DNA from: Podarcis pityusensis
Lineage: Eukaryota
Assembly: GCA_964106645.2 (NCBI GenBank)
Contig: OZ067052.1
Strand: one strand, 5' to 3'
DNA: 64,000 bases
Shown here: positions 39,121 to 51,958 of the stretch, piece by piece
How positions within the stretch are numbered: the stretch's first letter is position 1
How the letters are laid out: every line of letters begins with the position of its first letter
The notes under the pieces: model-generated
Databases searched by the model: none
What the model was told of the DNA's origin: nothing
What the model saw: the letters and a program-made list of their open reading frames with translations, nothing else
Made by a program: the position numbers and the translations under genes

Positions 39121-42100
39121 GGAACTGACCTCCTTCCCCTCCCCACTTAAAGCCAGTAACTGCACAGCAGAGTCGCTGAAAGAGACTTACAACAGGATGT
39201 TAATTATAAAAGATGCTATTTATTTTTTGGTGTAGTGTCCTATGAATGTATGTTTTTAAGAAAGCCTTTTGCCTTTTCATTTTATTTATGTCTTGAGAAA
39301 TTCCTTCCCATCCCTTCCAGCACAACACCATTGTGATTATCTGAAGGTATGTTGTCATTACAGGAAACATACTAAAATGTTTTCCACGGACATTGGAAGA
39401 ATACAGCTTCATTATAGTGCAAACATTTAGGAGAAGTACTTATTGGATTGGTTCAGATCCAAGTTGATCTTTGGTTTATAATTTACAATTTGGTGATATA
39501 ACTCCACAGGATGGTTCAGTGCAAATGAAAACAGAATGAACTGTTGGCTATGGAAATTTAAATTGTTACAGCATATTAATGAACTGTTGCCACCTAACTC
39601 TAAAACACCCTAAAGTGGAAAAACATGGAACTTGCAGTGGAAGTCTCGTTCTCAGTCAGTGCTAGCGAAAACTTGTTAGAAAATGGCAGGACTGAAGAGA
39701 GGCTCATTTAAGTGAATGTAGTAGTTGAGGTGTGAAGTTCTTGCCATACTCGTTCCAGATAGTGAAAGGCACAACATGGGCAACAATTAATGGTTGGCAA
39801 ACACATTATGTAACCCTTACTGTTGGGTGGAAGAATTGAGCATGGGTATTTCGCACCGGCACCCCTTGTTGCCATTCTAAAGCGTTTTGATTTGTTTCCT
39901 GATGTTCCTGTTATGTGTCCTGTGCATCAAGGAGAATGTGCAGGGCACATTTTCCTACTTGGGTTAGGTGAGCTTTTTTGAAAGGCTTTGTAGGATGCTT
40001 GGGTTAAAAAAAGCAAGGGGAGAATTTGATGTCAGTGATTTAGGAAAGCAATCAAAATTGTTCTGAATTGGAAATGGCTCCCTCCTATCTCCCCCCCCCC
40101 AAAAAAAAGTGTGTTTCTGGAGTTTGCTTTAAGGGTAAATAAGTTCATACACAGTCCACATTAAGAAAAACAGCTTAGAGAGGGAAACACCAGGAGGGAA
40201 ATGGCCAAAATGGAGGAAGTTGAGAATAGTTGCCCTGGTTAATCCATAGTTAGAACCTTTATAACTATTCACTTTCACAAGATGGAGCACAAGATTGAGG
40301 GAGGTTTGGGGACAAAAGTGCTAGTTGTTGGTAGTTAAGTTTAGCAACACATTCTATGAAATAGGTCTTACAGACTCGCCCTTTGCAAGAAGTTTGTCCA
40401 GAAAAGGGTTCTGCTTTGGCTGCTTTATAAATACACTGGAGCATTACACAATCAAACTTAGAATGTAAGGCCTCTAGAACATTTTGTTCATTTGGTTTAG
40501 CTACCAGCTTCAGACTCAAGTCCTTTGTCTTACACCTTCCCAGGGTTGCCAACTTGAATAAAATATTTGGGGGGGGGGGAGCTTCCCAAAAATTATCGTG
40601 ATTATTCTGTGTATCTTCATGGAACTTGGATAATAGGGCAGTCAGGGTTGGGGGTGATGCAGAATGTTTAATACCCGTGTTTCACTTCTTTTGGAGTACA
40701 AAATAGCTGCTTTGCCCCGCAGCGCCCAACACTATTCAGTGGTTGTGTCAGACTTGCAGCCAAGTTGTACAACACCTGTATATGTAGCTTTAAGAAAGGT
40801 GCCTGTGCTTCAGAAATAGCTGAGGGCATAATGTGTACGTCACAAGGCTAGCTGCATATTTCCACCTTCTCCCAGTTTTAACCAGCACAAATAAAACAAA
40901 CTTACACTTGTAAAACAGCTCCACGAATTGGAGGCACGTAACTCTATATTTGCAGTTGCCCCGTGGCAATATGAATTCATTTTCCTAGCTAGATCCAGGA
41001 ACTAGAAACGCCCCGTTTGAAGAAGGGGTGAGGGGGGAAATAGAGGAAAGGCCAAATACGCTGAATAGTAATTGCAAGCCCCTTACAGAAGAGCAGAGGT
41101 GCTCATAGGTGCAATGTACCATACTGAGTAACATTTGTGTGTGTATTTTGTGTGTGTGTATGCGCGCGATAAAAACAAGCTTTGTATTTTTATATCTGTT
41201 GCAGCAATTGTCAAATGCTGTGTGTGTATATAGTGTGTGATTATTTTATATAATATATTATGTATATTATATAATTTTATAAATAAGGCTCCCTAATGAG
41301 AATTTGCAGTGCTCATTGGGTTACTGTGCAAGGACCCCTTTCTTTGTAGGAAATTAGAACAAGACTTGATTCAATTTATAATTAGGCCCACAGAACATCT
41401 CTGCTGCTCATCTCCAAACTAAACTAACGGCTGGACACTTCTGAGAAATTACTTTTCAAAGCCTTAGAGGGGGAGTGACAACTAGTAAATGAATGTGACC
41501 TGGTGGAAGCAAAGTCCCAGCTGGTTTGGAGACAATTATTATATATGCCTTTTCAAAAAGCAAGAATGTCAGAGTACCTTTGATGTGGGAATTTAAGGGA
41601 TTCTGGCACCTCTGTCATACGAGGCCACTTCAATTCAAAAGAGTTCAGGCAGGTAAGATGAGCCTTTCGATGTGGAACTGAGAAAGTCATACTTGGAGGC
41701 TGGGAAAGAGTTTGTAATCTGTTGTAGTAGAATCTCATCAAGGACTGCTTTATTTATATTGTGTGACACTGTTTTAAGTGTTTTTCCTTTTTATTGTATT
41801 TTATTTATAAAAGTTATATATTGCCTTTATATTTTAGGGGGATTGTGAGTTTTCCCTCAATCATAGGTGTGTAATTATGAACCTTGCAAAGCATAGACAA
41901 GTGGCCAAGTTTCTCTGATCACCTGCTCATTCAGTTCCATATTAGATTCTGACTAGTGACTCCTGGTCAGGAAACAAAGAAAATCTTGTTTTTGCTTGTA
42001 CTGATGGATAATAATGTGCCTTCCTACTTGGTATCCACTTAAGCTGTCACTGCCTTTTCAAATTCATTAAGCACAATAAATTTGTTGGGACTTTTTAATG

Positions 42101-43150
42101 GCTCATAAAGCACTTTCATGAGACTTCCAACATCTTGTTTAAAATCTTCAGAATGCTAGCTTCTCAGTGTTTCTAGTTCTCATGGTTTCACAGAGCTTTG
42201 GAACCAAATAAGCAAGAAGAAGTCTAAACTCCACATTCATTCTCATGCTTTTAGTGTTTAGCAGATTTTCCCTGAATATTTCTAATATACAAAATTCATG
42301 ATCAGAATATATTACTGCCGCAGATGAACTGCTGCATGTCTGTCATCAGTAGTTTGGCATCTGTCCTCATGGAAAGATGCAGATTATGTTAAAGCAGAAA
42401 CAAAATGCACAATTTTGGCTTGAGATAGGTTAGATGTTCTCCTTTTGTTCATCCTTAAGGTCTCTGACTCATTAGAAGGGCTTCTGACTATTTTAAAATG
42501 GCAAGAACTGATGCAGCGATATATTATTATACCACAGCTATCCATGTTGTGCATGGCACTAGCAGGTATGTAAGTCCAAGCAAAAAATTGGCAAGTATGT
42601 CCCACTGAAATCTGTCCTTCTTACTTCATTATAAGGAGCCAGTGCTGGGAAACCACTTCAGCTTTGACAAGTTTTTTTTGAACAACTTTTTTGATGGCAT
42701 ATGTCCTGCCTATGGAACTGAAGCATTTCCCAACCTGGTGCCCTCTATATGTTGCTGGATTACAATTTCCATAATCCCAAAACATTGGTCATACTGCTAG
42801 AGCTGATGGAGTCCCACAACTTCTGAAGTGTACTAGGTTAAGGGATACTGGTCTTAATTATAAAAGGTCTTATCCCCCTCCAATCTCTTAAAAGCAACTT
42901 GGTTAAATAAAGTATTGCTGTCTAAGCAGCAAGCGTTCTAATATTTGTAATTCTTGTTCTTTTGCAAATAAATGGTTTTAAAGATGCATGTCTTTTGTAT
43001 CATATAGAAAAAAATACACTATATTTTCCTTTAAAAGTTGTAATATTCTTTTTTTTTTAAAGAAAATTGTACATATGTTTAAATGATGTAGGTTTGGGCA
43101 GGATTTTCCTTGTTTTTAATATTAAAGAGAATGCTGCTGCTTTGGTGTAA
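39121..43150 (+). other. CDON: Putative CDON 3'UTR; candidate poly(A) signals AATAAA ~42907 and ~42967, ATTAAA 43121-43126
   Basis: AU-rich and TE-poor. TGTACATA at 43068 and a GU-rich stretch after ATTAAA. The end point is inferred; proximal AATAAA sites also exist. Confidence 0.55.
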
Positions 43151-43298
43151 TAGTTACAATTGCTGTCTGGTGTTTCAGTCTCCAATGTTTAAATCTGAAT
43201 TCTCCAGAATTATGGTTTCCAAGTGCTATGCCAAGTAAGTTAACTGCTTAACGCTGCTTTGTTATCGTTGTTTTGGTATTAGTAGTAGTACACACAAC

Positions 43299-43301
<3 letters not shown>

Positions 43302-43375
<74 letters not shown>
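43302..43375. repeat. Compound (CT)n(CA)n microsatellite
   Basis: Seen directly. Confidence 0.95.
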
Positions 43376-43419
43376 AGCTGCGCATCATAAAATGAAATGA
43401 TTGGTTACTATGTGTTTAC

Positions 43420-43712
43420 CCCGGACATGTGGGGACATTTTCAGGACCTTTTCAATAGTTGTGCCCTGGTTTTGGAATGCACTCGCCAGAAAAGTTCCTC
43501 TGGCACCCACCCTGATAGTTTTCCTACAACAGGTGAAGTCCTTTTTTATTTCCCCAAGCTTTTTTTTACTGAACCCAATAGATCAATTGGGTTATTTTTT
43601 TGCTGCCCTCTATAGGTTTGATGTTTTTTAGTTTATACATACATTATTTTATGGTGTTTAAATTGGTGTTTGATAATACGTTTGGAATAATAATAATAAC
43701 AAATAATAACTA
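43420..43712 (+). mobile_element. Degenerate L2 3' end
   Basis: RTFSIVVPWFWNAL...F.QQVKSFF resembles the L2 C-terminus; (TAA)n tail. Confidence 0.65.
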
Positions 43713-44311
43713 ATTTCAAATCCACTATTTGGCACACACCTTATTTAAATGTGACAGTAGGCCAGCCTTCTCTGACCTTGTGCCATTTCAAAGTATTGAA
43801 CTATAACTCCCAGTATTCCTTAACCATGGCTGTGCTGCCTAGAGCTGATGGGAGTTATAGTCCTGACACCTGGAGAGCACCAGGTGAGGGAAGGCTCCGC
43901 TTGAGGATTACAGTGCTTCCATGTGTTTGCCACTGCCATCCCATAACCAGCTGTTGCTACACCGCATTGGTGTCTAAAACTGCTGTGGAGGTTTCATATA
44001 AAATAGCAACCCAAGCACTTACTATGGTTGCCTTCCTCTGGGGACCAGTTTTTCCAGCAGACAATTAGAACAGGCTTGTAATAATTGTGGAATTGGATGC
44101 CATTTCAGGGACAAAAAGCAAACTGCACCTTTTTCATATAACGTGTATACTGCCAAGCCTTGTGTATTTTTAATATTGCCTGTTGTGGATCTGTGTTACC
44201 TGTCTAAATGGCCTCTAATGTTTGCGGGATTTCAGTTATCTTCCACAACTGTCAACTCTGAAAAGGGCCCCCAATGAAGTTTAGAAGTGTTTTTATAAAG
44301 ATGAATAAATA

Positions 44312-44440
44312 TACATAAGAAGCCACCTGCTGAATCAGGCCAGGGGCCCATCTTGCTCATCATCCTGTTCTTATAGCGACCACCCAGATGCCTGGGGGAA
44401 GCTTGGAAGCTGGACCTGAATGCCACAGCGTTCTTCTCTC
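44312..44440 (-). mobile_element. CR1-type 3' end fragment
   Basis: acataagaag..ctgctgaatcaggcc..ggcccatct; reverse complement of the segment at ~61170-61225. Confidence 0.6.
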
Positions 44441-46255
44441 CTCACCACCTCAAGAGAAGGACGTAAGTTGAGAAGCTCCTAGATTGTTCTAAGGGAAAGT
44501 GTAGTGTGGTCAAACCAGCCTGTGAAACTGCTTTGCACCAAGACTGCTTCCTGCAGTTGGTCAGACTGCCTTGTCTATAAAATCTTACACCAGAAATCCT
44601 GCACTCAAAATTCCCCACAAGACCCCTTTCCAGCTATCTCTGAGTAGCCACTGCCTTAAAACTGGACCTGCAGCGATGCCTCTACAGCTTCTATATCACT
44701 CCTTTGTCCACCCATCCTCATAGAATTGGTCAATGCATTCCACTGGTACTTTGGATGGCTTTTGCCACACCCCTATCTCCTTGTTTCAACTTTTTGAGCT
44801 GCTATTCTGCCTGTCTAAATAAGTTCCACAAATCCTATGATCGCTCTTAAGAAGGTAGGAAATGGAATCCTACTTTCTATCATGGCCTACGGAGACAGTG
44901 GATGTTGCAGCCTCAACATACACCCCAAAACAAGATTCCTTGAAGGAACCTGCTTTTAAAGTGTTCCCTGATCCAGATCCTCAGAGGGGGTTCCTGTGAT
45001 TTGAATCGCATAGTTGTGAATTATTTCCTAGATGTGTGGCAGTGATGAGCAAAAGCAGTACTTGGTGTAAATGCAACCCTTAAAAGGAAAGGGATCTTCA
45101 CAAAGTCTGGAGCCCAGCGACAATGGCTGAAGCTACATGGAGCTGTTGGACTCAGGCAGAGGTCAGGAACTTGTGACCCACCAACATCCTGACCATTGGC
45201 CATGCTAGCTGGGATTGATGGGAACAGAGAGTCCGACAAGACCTCAATGGTCACATGCTCCCAATTTCTGGGCTAGGGAACCTTACAGAAAGGTGGAAAT
45301 AATGCAAAATGTGGTGGTCTGCCTTTTTAATTGCCGAGAAACCGGTTACGCAGGAGTTGGGCTTCCAGTGACCGAGGCACAAACTTTTCTTTGGTGTAGA
45401 TATTAGAAGAGAATGTCTGTGTGGTTGTGGTGGTGATGTTGCTACAACAAAATGCACTGTGTACAGAAATGTGATAGCAAGCAGGCAGATTGCTTGGGTA
45501 GTGAATGCCGTCTCCCACCGATCCCATAGACAAGCTGGGGGGGGGGGGGATATGTCTGGGTCTTTGCCTGGGCCTTGTTTGCTGAAGAGTCTCATTGTTC
45601 CAGTTGCTTAGGGCTCCTGTTTTATTGGCCCAGGCAAGTCGCTAATGAGAGATGAGAGGATGCAGGGATTCCATGGCAGATGAGACCGGGTGGGTGCTTG
45701 TGGGGCTGGCAGTTCCCACAGTTTTTCTGACTGTCCTCTTAGGAGACAATGAAAGGAATGTCTCCTATGGTTAAAGTAGCTGTTGACATCCTATGTTCTT
45801 TGAGGCACTGGATTTAAAACTAGGAGGGATTAATCTGATGCAGCCAGAACTTCTGTTAGCATGTGTGCCCCTAACCACCCCCTTTCTCATTCATTTGAAC
45901 AATGAGCTGAGCAAACAACTGGCTCTTCAGTCCATTCCTCTGTCCCTGATCATCATCAGCTCAGCCTCTCCTCCACCTGCTAAGATTTGGACCACCATAA
46001 ATCATCTAGGAATGGCTGTGTTGATTTCAGCAAAAATAATAAATGGGAGGGCAGGTACATGTCAGTAAATGAATGTATAAGCTGCCTTTCCATCTTGAAC
46101 AGAAGATTCAAAGGTCACAACATGTTGGAAACAGAGAAAGAGCAAGTGCAAAAGTGGCCAGTTTGTGAGCTGAAATCAGCCAAGGGAGTGATGCTGTTTG
46201 ACTGATGAAACTGATTGCAACAATAGCCAGTGTAGTGAGCCACAGCTTGGCAGCA

Positions 46256-46257
<2 letters not shown>

Positions 46258-46299
<42 letters not shown>
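46258..46299. repeat. (TG)n microsatellite
   Basis: Seen directly. Confidence 0.95.
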
Positions 46300-46301
<2 letters not shown>

Positions 46302-47816
46302 AGGCATGAGACATGGACATGTTTAGCTCCTGGCGTCTCCATTTAAAGCAGGAATCACAGCATCCACAGAACTTACCTAGGCAGCATTTAATGGCATTGC
46401 AAGAAGGACTTGCAAGCAACCTAGAGCCATGGCTACAGCCTTTATCTGTAGAGCAATTATTAGCTCCACTTTTCCAGACCGGATTAGACAATTTTCCAGT
46501 CTTTTCAGGCAAACTCCATCCCCAAGGAAAAAGACCAAGGGTGACAAAGGGGGTGGGGGTAGGGGCGGGGTATCATTAGTAATAGCTTGTGGTGCAGTAA
46601 AGTAATTTTGGACTATGGCCTTAACAGTGACAACACTTTTTAGACAGTGTTGTGTATAATACACTTCACTTCAAGCTATGGAAAACCAGTCCTCTGTTTA
46701 TGCCAACTTGCCTGCTCATGTTGCCGAGTGGGACCCTGGATGCCTGTTCCAAAGTCTTGATGATGCCACTGGCAAGAGTTGTGGTGCTCTGACTGGGTGA
46801 AGATTTCTGCACATGATTCTTGGGTATATGAATTTTGGGGTGATTTACATCACATGCTCAAGAGATCTCTTAAAACTATCCTTCTCCCTGGACCATACCA
46901 TGTCAGGCAGTGGGATGTGGGGGTTGAACTGCCTGGGTGAATACTCTCTCCCACCCACAAATTTCTGGGTAGAGAAGAACTAATGCAGCCTAGCAAAAGA
47001 CAAGAATTCTTACCTTGGTAGGAGATTCTCTTACTTTCAGCATTCAAGGTGCTGTTGATGTGCAGGAGCATTCCACTGTGCAACTGCTCCACCTCGAGTC
47101 CAATTATACAGAATAAGCTCTAAGGTGCAGCGTTCTTCCAGTGGCCCGTCCATTTTTGTTCCTTGATGTTCAGGCCATTTATCACCACATTAGACCAGAG
47201 ATTGACAATCAGTGACCCTCAGGTGTGGTTGGACTCCAGCTCTCATCATCCCCAGCCCAAATGGTCAGTGATGATGGGAGTTGGAATCCAAAACATCTGG
47301 AGAGTCACAGGTTCCCCACTAGATCCAAAAAAAGAATCTTCTTCACCTCCAACAGCTAACCTACAGCCATTGACTTAGAAGTTGTCTTGTATTTGTACAA
47401 GAGATGGACACAGCCATTCCCAAGGAGCAAAATAATTTTGCAAAGCCCTGAAATGGGTGCATGATCCAATCGCACTGGGGTTCCCAAACTGGGAAATTAG
47501 TCCATTGGTTACCACACTTCTTCTTGGACCTGGGGCTCCAGATAGACTACCCAGCCTCCTTCAAAAGACAGGAAGAGGTGGTCAGAGAACCTAGGCTGAG
47601 CAGAGACGTCAGACCCATTTCAATAGATTTGTCCAACCATTTCCATCAAGCGAGACTGAACAGGAGGGGCAGCAGGGAGGGTATAGCTATGGCAAAGAAA
47701 TATTCCCAGAGTTGTTGTGGATCAAACACAAAGGTGACTGTCATTTAGTCGTAAGGGGCAGACATGGGTAGAGCTGTGAGGGCAGCTTCTACCAAAACAG
47801 GAATCACCATGAGACT

Positions 47817-47822
47817 TTTATT
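47817..47822 (-). promoter_or_regulatory. Candidate poly(A) signal AATAAA of the VSIG10L2-like gene (3'UTR ~2.5 kb)
   Basis: First AATAAA I found on the - strand after the stop; followed by GU-rich ttcctgttttggt. Confidence 0.4.
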
Positions 47823-49156
47823 GCTCCTCTATCTCCAAAGGGCACCCATAAGAGTGAATTTAACCTGTAGGATGAGCATTGGGGAGAAAGGATAGCATCT
47901 ATCTCTACCAAAATGGCAAGATCCAGCCTGGGATTGTGCTTCTATATCTTTTAAATCGAGTTATTTAAATGCAGCACTTGACCCGGCACCTGCTTTCTGC
48001 AGGCATTGGGTGTGCAAGGGAGTTCCCTATGGGCAGGTCCCTTGTGCTGGCTAATCCAGAAGCCTTGGCTCTACTGCCCCTCAACTGCTCTTCTTTGCCA
48101 ATACAAAATCATGAGTACACTTTAGGGCTTCTGATGGTACATTTGCAGCCACATTTCTACTTGCCCCACATCTTGTGGTCTCTGGTGTCAGGCAGGTGGG
48201 TGTGGTTTTGACCAAGTAAATGTGTTTAGGATCTGGATGAAAGGTTAGTTTGGGCCCTTTCTTTGGGCTCGTTCGCACTTCCCCTTGTCCCATGCCTAGA
48301 AAGTATGGCTTTGAGCAATTTTGCCTTTGCCCAGCAACTGTCCCCTGGAAAACCGGCACTTTAGCGGTGATTTGGAATCTGTGGGGGAACCCAATTGCCC
48401 TTCGTTCCCATTCAGTGCTAAACCGTGGGGTTTTTGGGGGGATGGGGGAGTGGTGGGGCAAACAGAACTGTAGATGAACCCTTGCACTCATGGAGATATC
48501 CATTCATCAGAACAACCAAAATTTTCAGTCAATGGCTCACAGATACCATCACAATTGTCATTGTCTCCAAGAGACAAGCATTTTCTTGAGATAGGCAAAA
48601 ACGATCTTTTCTTCAGCCTACTATATATCTTGCAAACTGAATGTGTTTGCTTAATGTCAGCTGAGGACTTAAACAAGTTCCACTTGGATGGGAGCTGTAG
48701 AAAACAGCTTGGTGGTTTCGATCTAGCCAGCAATTAGAGAAATAGGTCTGAGGTTTAAAGCAGGCTGGCAGCCAAGTAAGCTAAAAAAAAAACAAAACCC
48801 CACCTAAGACAAATATTGAGTTAGAAGCAAGGTCTTGCTTTCCATTTCTGCGGTTGTAATTTGTGTAATGTTAAATAGCCACCTGCACCTTTTGGTTTGA
48901 ACCAAACTGTCAGAGAAACCGGGTTTTAGTGGCAGAGCACATGGGCCACATGCAGAAGGTCCCAGGTTCTGTCCCCAGCATCTCCAAATAGAATTGGGAC
49001 AGTCCTGAAACTCTGAGGTGGTGCTGCCAGTCAGTGCAGACGAAGGGGTAGCAAATGTGATGCTCTCCAAATGCTATGTACTTCATGCTCCCATCAGCCT
49101 CAGACAGCATAGCTAGGAGTGATGAATGTTGTTATCGAGGGAACACTGAATAGGTT

Positions 49157-49395
49157 CCAGCATGGTGTAGTGGTTAAGAGCGGTAGATTCGTAATCTGGT
49201 GAACCGGGTTCACGTCTCCGTTCCTCCACATGCAGCTGCTGGGTGACCTTGGGCTAGTCACACTTCTTTGAAGTCTCTCAGCCCTCAGTGTTTGTTGTGG
49301 GGGAGGAAGGGAAAGGAGAAAGTTAGCTGCTTTGAGACTCCTTAGGGTAGTGATAAAGCAGGATATCAAATCCAAACTCCTTCTCCTCCTCCTCC
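49157..49395 (+). mobile_element. tRNA-derived SINE (Squam3-like)
   Basis: tggtgtagtggttaagagc A-box, gggttcacgtc B-box, (TCC/TTC) tail; same family as 63394-63646. Confidence 0.8.
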
Positions 49396-50282
49396 CTGCC
49401 CCTGAAAATATATTGAGCTAGATGAACCAGCTGCCTCACGTGGTACAATGCAACTTTCTATTAATCCAAAGCAACTGATCCAGATAGCAAGAGCTTCTGC
49501 TTCTCAGCAGATGGTGGCAGCTCTTTCCCTAGTACATCTTAAGGGTGGATTTAGCCTTAAAGGTGAAGCTGGAGTAACTAGACTCTCATCTAAGCAAGTA
49601 ACCTCTGAGATGCTGGAGGAAGAGAGGGGGTTAGGACTCTATCGTTTTCTAAGGGAGCCCAGGGATGACACATCCACTTAATATCCCAGGCACTTTCAGA
49701 TTCCTCCTTCTCCCAATAAGGAAAAAAAAGATTCCACACTGTCAGTGCATCAGACTGTTTAACAGCAGCAACCAATCATCAGCAATGGTTTTCTGCACGC
49801 CCACTAATGTACAACGAAGCCAGCATCTGTTGGATAACAGGATTTTGTCCCAGGTCTCCCAGATGAGGTCTCTGAATCTTCAGTAACCACATGCAAACTA
49901 AAGTGGCACCTCTGAGGCTTCCCAGTCGTCATTCCTAGACCAGGAACTGCCCAGCCAGCTTCTACAAAGAGGAAGGAAAGAATCACATCTCTTTCTCTAA
50001 GGAAGGCATCTTCCAGATTTTTCACAGGCTACCCCTTATTTGCTGCAAGGAGCCTTTTGATTCTGTGGCTAGCGCTTAGATGTGGCCTTCTGCCTTCAGA
50101 GAGGAAGGAGCTTCAGGGTCTGCGATGAGAAAGATCTTGCCTGATTCAAGGAGCGGTCTGATATCTCCCTCCAGTTTCCCCCAAGCATTGCAATCCTTCC
50201 CCATATTACTGTCCTCCCCTTGTTGACCTGAATAGCTCTCCCCAAGCTATTTTGACTACCGGGGAGTCAGATTTCCTGGTGG

Positions 50283-50425
50283 TCATGGGGTGGCAGTCAC
50301 TGTGATTGTCACATTAACAGGAGGGTCATCAGCGGTGGGATCTGGGACAGGCGCTGGAGCTGGGGCTTCTTCCTGGGCCACGGCCGAATCCTCTGGGGCT
50401 TCTGTACCCTCCCCGGGGCTAACCT
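50283..50425 (-). CDS. VSIG10L2: VSIG10L2-like last coding exon (EVSPGEG...DDPPVNVTITVTATP*)
   Basis: ttccttttacag|AG; phase 1 matches the previous exon; TGA at 50285-50283. Confidence 0.78.
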
Positions 50426-50465
50426 CTGTAAAAGGAAGAAACACATGCACAAAGTATATAAGGAA

Positions 50466-50708
50466 CAGTGGTACCTTGGGTTACAGATGCTTCGGGTTAC
50501 AGACGCTTCAGGTTAAAGACTCTCCTAACCCAGAAATAGTACCTTGGGTTAAGAACTTTGCTTCAAGATGAGAGCAGAAATTGTGTGGCGGCGGTGGCAG
50601 CGGCAACGGGAGGCCCCATTAGCTAAAGTGGTACCTCTGGTTAAGAACAGTTTCAGGTTAAGAACGGACCTCCAGAACAAATAAAGTTCTTAACCCGAGG
50701 TACCACTG
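50466..50708. mobile_element. Tigger/pogo-like MITE
   Basis: TIRs cagtggtaccttgggtta / taacccgaggtaccactg followed by TA. Confidence 0.85.
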
Positions 50709-50718
50709 TACTTGTGAG

Positions 50719-50991
50719 AGGTGGCGTAGGAAGGGGTGTGCGGTGGGTGCGGGTCATCACTGAGGAGGGTGATCGTGGGGCCTGGCCTGCAAGGTGCCTG
50801 AACCACACCTCTCTCTTGGGGAGTGATGCAGTGGCTCAGGCACCTGCAGGCTCCACGCTGCCTGAAATGGCAACGTGGGGCTTGTGGACACCATGGAGGT
50901 TCTGCACAGCATGTTCTGTCCTGGCTTGCCCTCCCCCAGGTTTAGGGCATTTGCGCCGCCCCGGGTGCCTGAGCAGCTAGCTATGCCACTG
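50719..50991. mobile_element. hAT-type MITE
   Basis: TIRs (ag)gtggcgtag / ctatgccactg; perfect 8-bp TSD cttgtgag at 50711-50718 and 50992-50999. Confidence 0.8.
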
Positions 50992-51029
50992 CTTGTGAGC
51001 TGATGGGGGAAAGGCAGTCAACAGGAGAC

Positions 51030-51515
51030 AAAATGCAAAAAGACTTTAAAAGAGTATTTATGTATGCAAAAACAGCCACAAGAATGCTGCTCATCCAGAA
51101 GTGGAAGGAAGAGAAAGTCCTAACCAAAGAAGAGTGGCTAACCAAGATGATGGATTATGCCGAAATGGCAAAGATGACCGTGAAGATCAGACAACAAGAT
51201 GATTTTAAAAAAATTAGTCATGAGTGAGGAAAAGAATGATAGAATATCTTAAAGACCACTGTAGATACTTAAAAACGTTAGCAGGCTTGTTATCGCACTT
51301 ATAATGTAATATGATTTAAGGTAAAAAAGGAGATAAAACGGATTAGATAAATGTAATTATATGTAATAGAATGAAAAGGAAAATTGGAAACCAGGGGTGA
51401 GGGGTGGGGAGTCCAGGGATCTAAGCAGTCCCAGATGTATAGAAATTGAAAATGTCTTAAATGTATAAGAATGTTGTTTTCAAAAAATGAAAAATAAAAT
51501 ATACATTTTTAAAAA
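51030..51515 (+). mobile_element. L1-clade LINE 3' fragment
   Basis: FMYAKTATRMLLIQKWKEEKV..EEWL.KMMDYAEMAK resembles an ORF2 C-terminus; A-rich tail. Confidence 0.8.
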
Positions 51516-51958
51516 CGAAAGGCAGTCAATAGTTTCTGCCTATGTACACATGACATTCTATTCTAGAATCAATGGAAACTGCATACTTGAGGGTTTTTTT
51601 GGTTTTTTTAATGTAGCCCGCACACGATCTAGACCTATTGCACATATTTTTTGCCCAGAAAAGTGCTTCTTGAGAAATAAGTCCCTTTCTGAAGAGAAGG
51701 ACTCATTGCTATTTGATTCTGTATTACCCTGCCAGGTGTCCATTTGGAAAGAAATGGAGGAAGTCCCAGCAACTGGGGGATATATCCACATCTGCGTAAT
51801 GGCATTGTGAGTGGGCATATAACAAGATTGCAACCACTTCCTTCTTCATTCACCTGCCTCGTGCGCGGGGAGGAAAAGGCAGGGGAAATCTAATCAAAGG
51901 AAGCTTGTCAAATGTGTATCAAGTAGCCATGCCCAGCCATGAACAGCAAGAACTAGAA

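Larger units (their letters stand above)
8255..43150 (+). other. CDON: CDON gene span from first coding exon to putative 3' end; 19 coding exons, 1260 aa; exon 1 and promoter not identified in window
   Basis: The spliced translation (MHPDPGPL... to ...QVQET*) matches CDON architecture and recalled human CDON sequence. Exon lengths sum to 3783 nt with consistent phases. The 3' end is approximate. Confidence 0.96.

Noticed and set aside
44378-44386. Perfect GLI consensus GACCACCCA just downstream of a Hedgehog co-receptor gene
   Set aside because: It lies inside a CR1 remnant, and a given 9-mer is expected about 0.5 times by chance on both strands of 64 kb.
49504-49518. CTCF-like motif tcagcagatggtggc between the convergent genes
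   Set aside because: Two mismatches to the core consensus; cannot be supported without ChIP data.
50290-50571. Plus-strand ORFs overlapping VSIG10L2 exons (also 56890-57282 and 61918-62392)
   Set aside because: These are antisense shadows of GC-rich coding exons.
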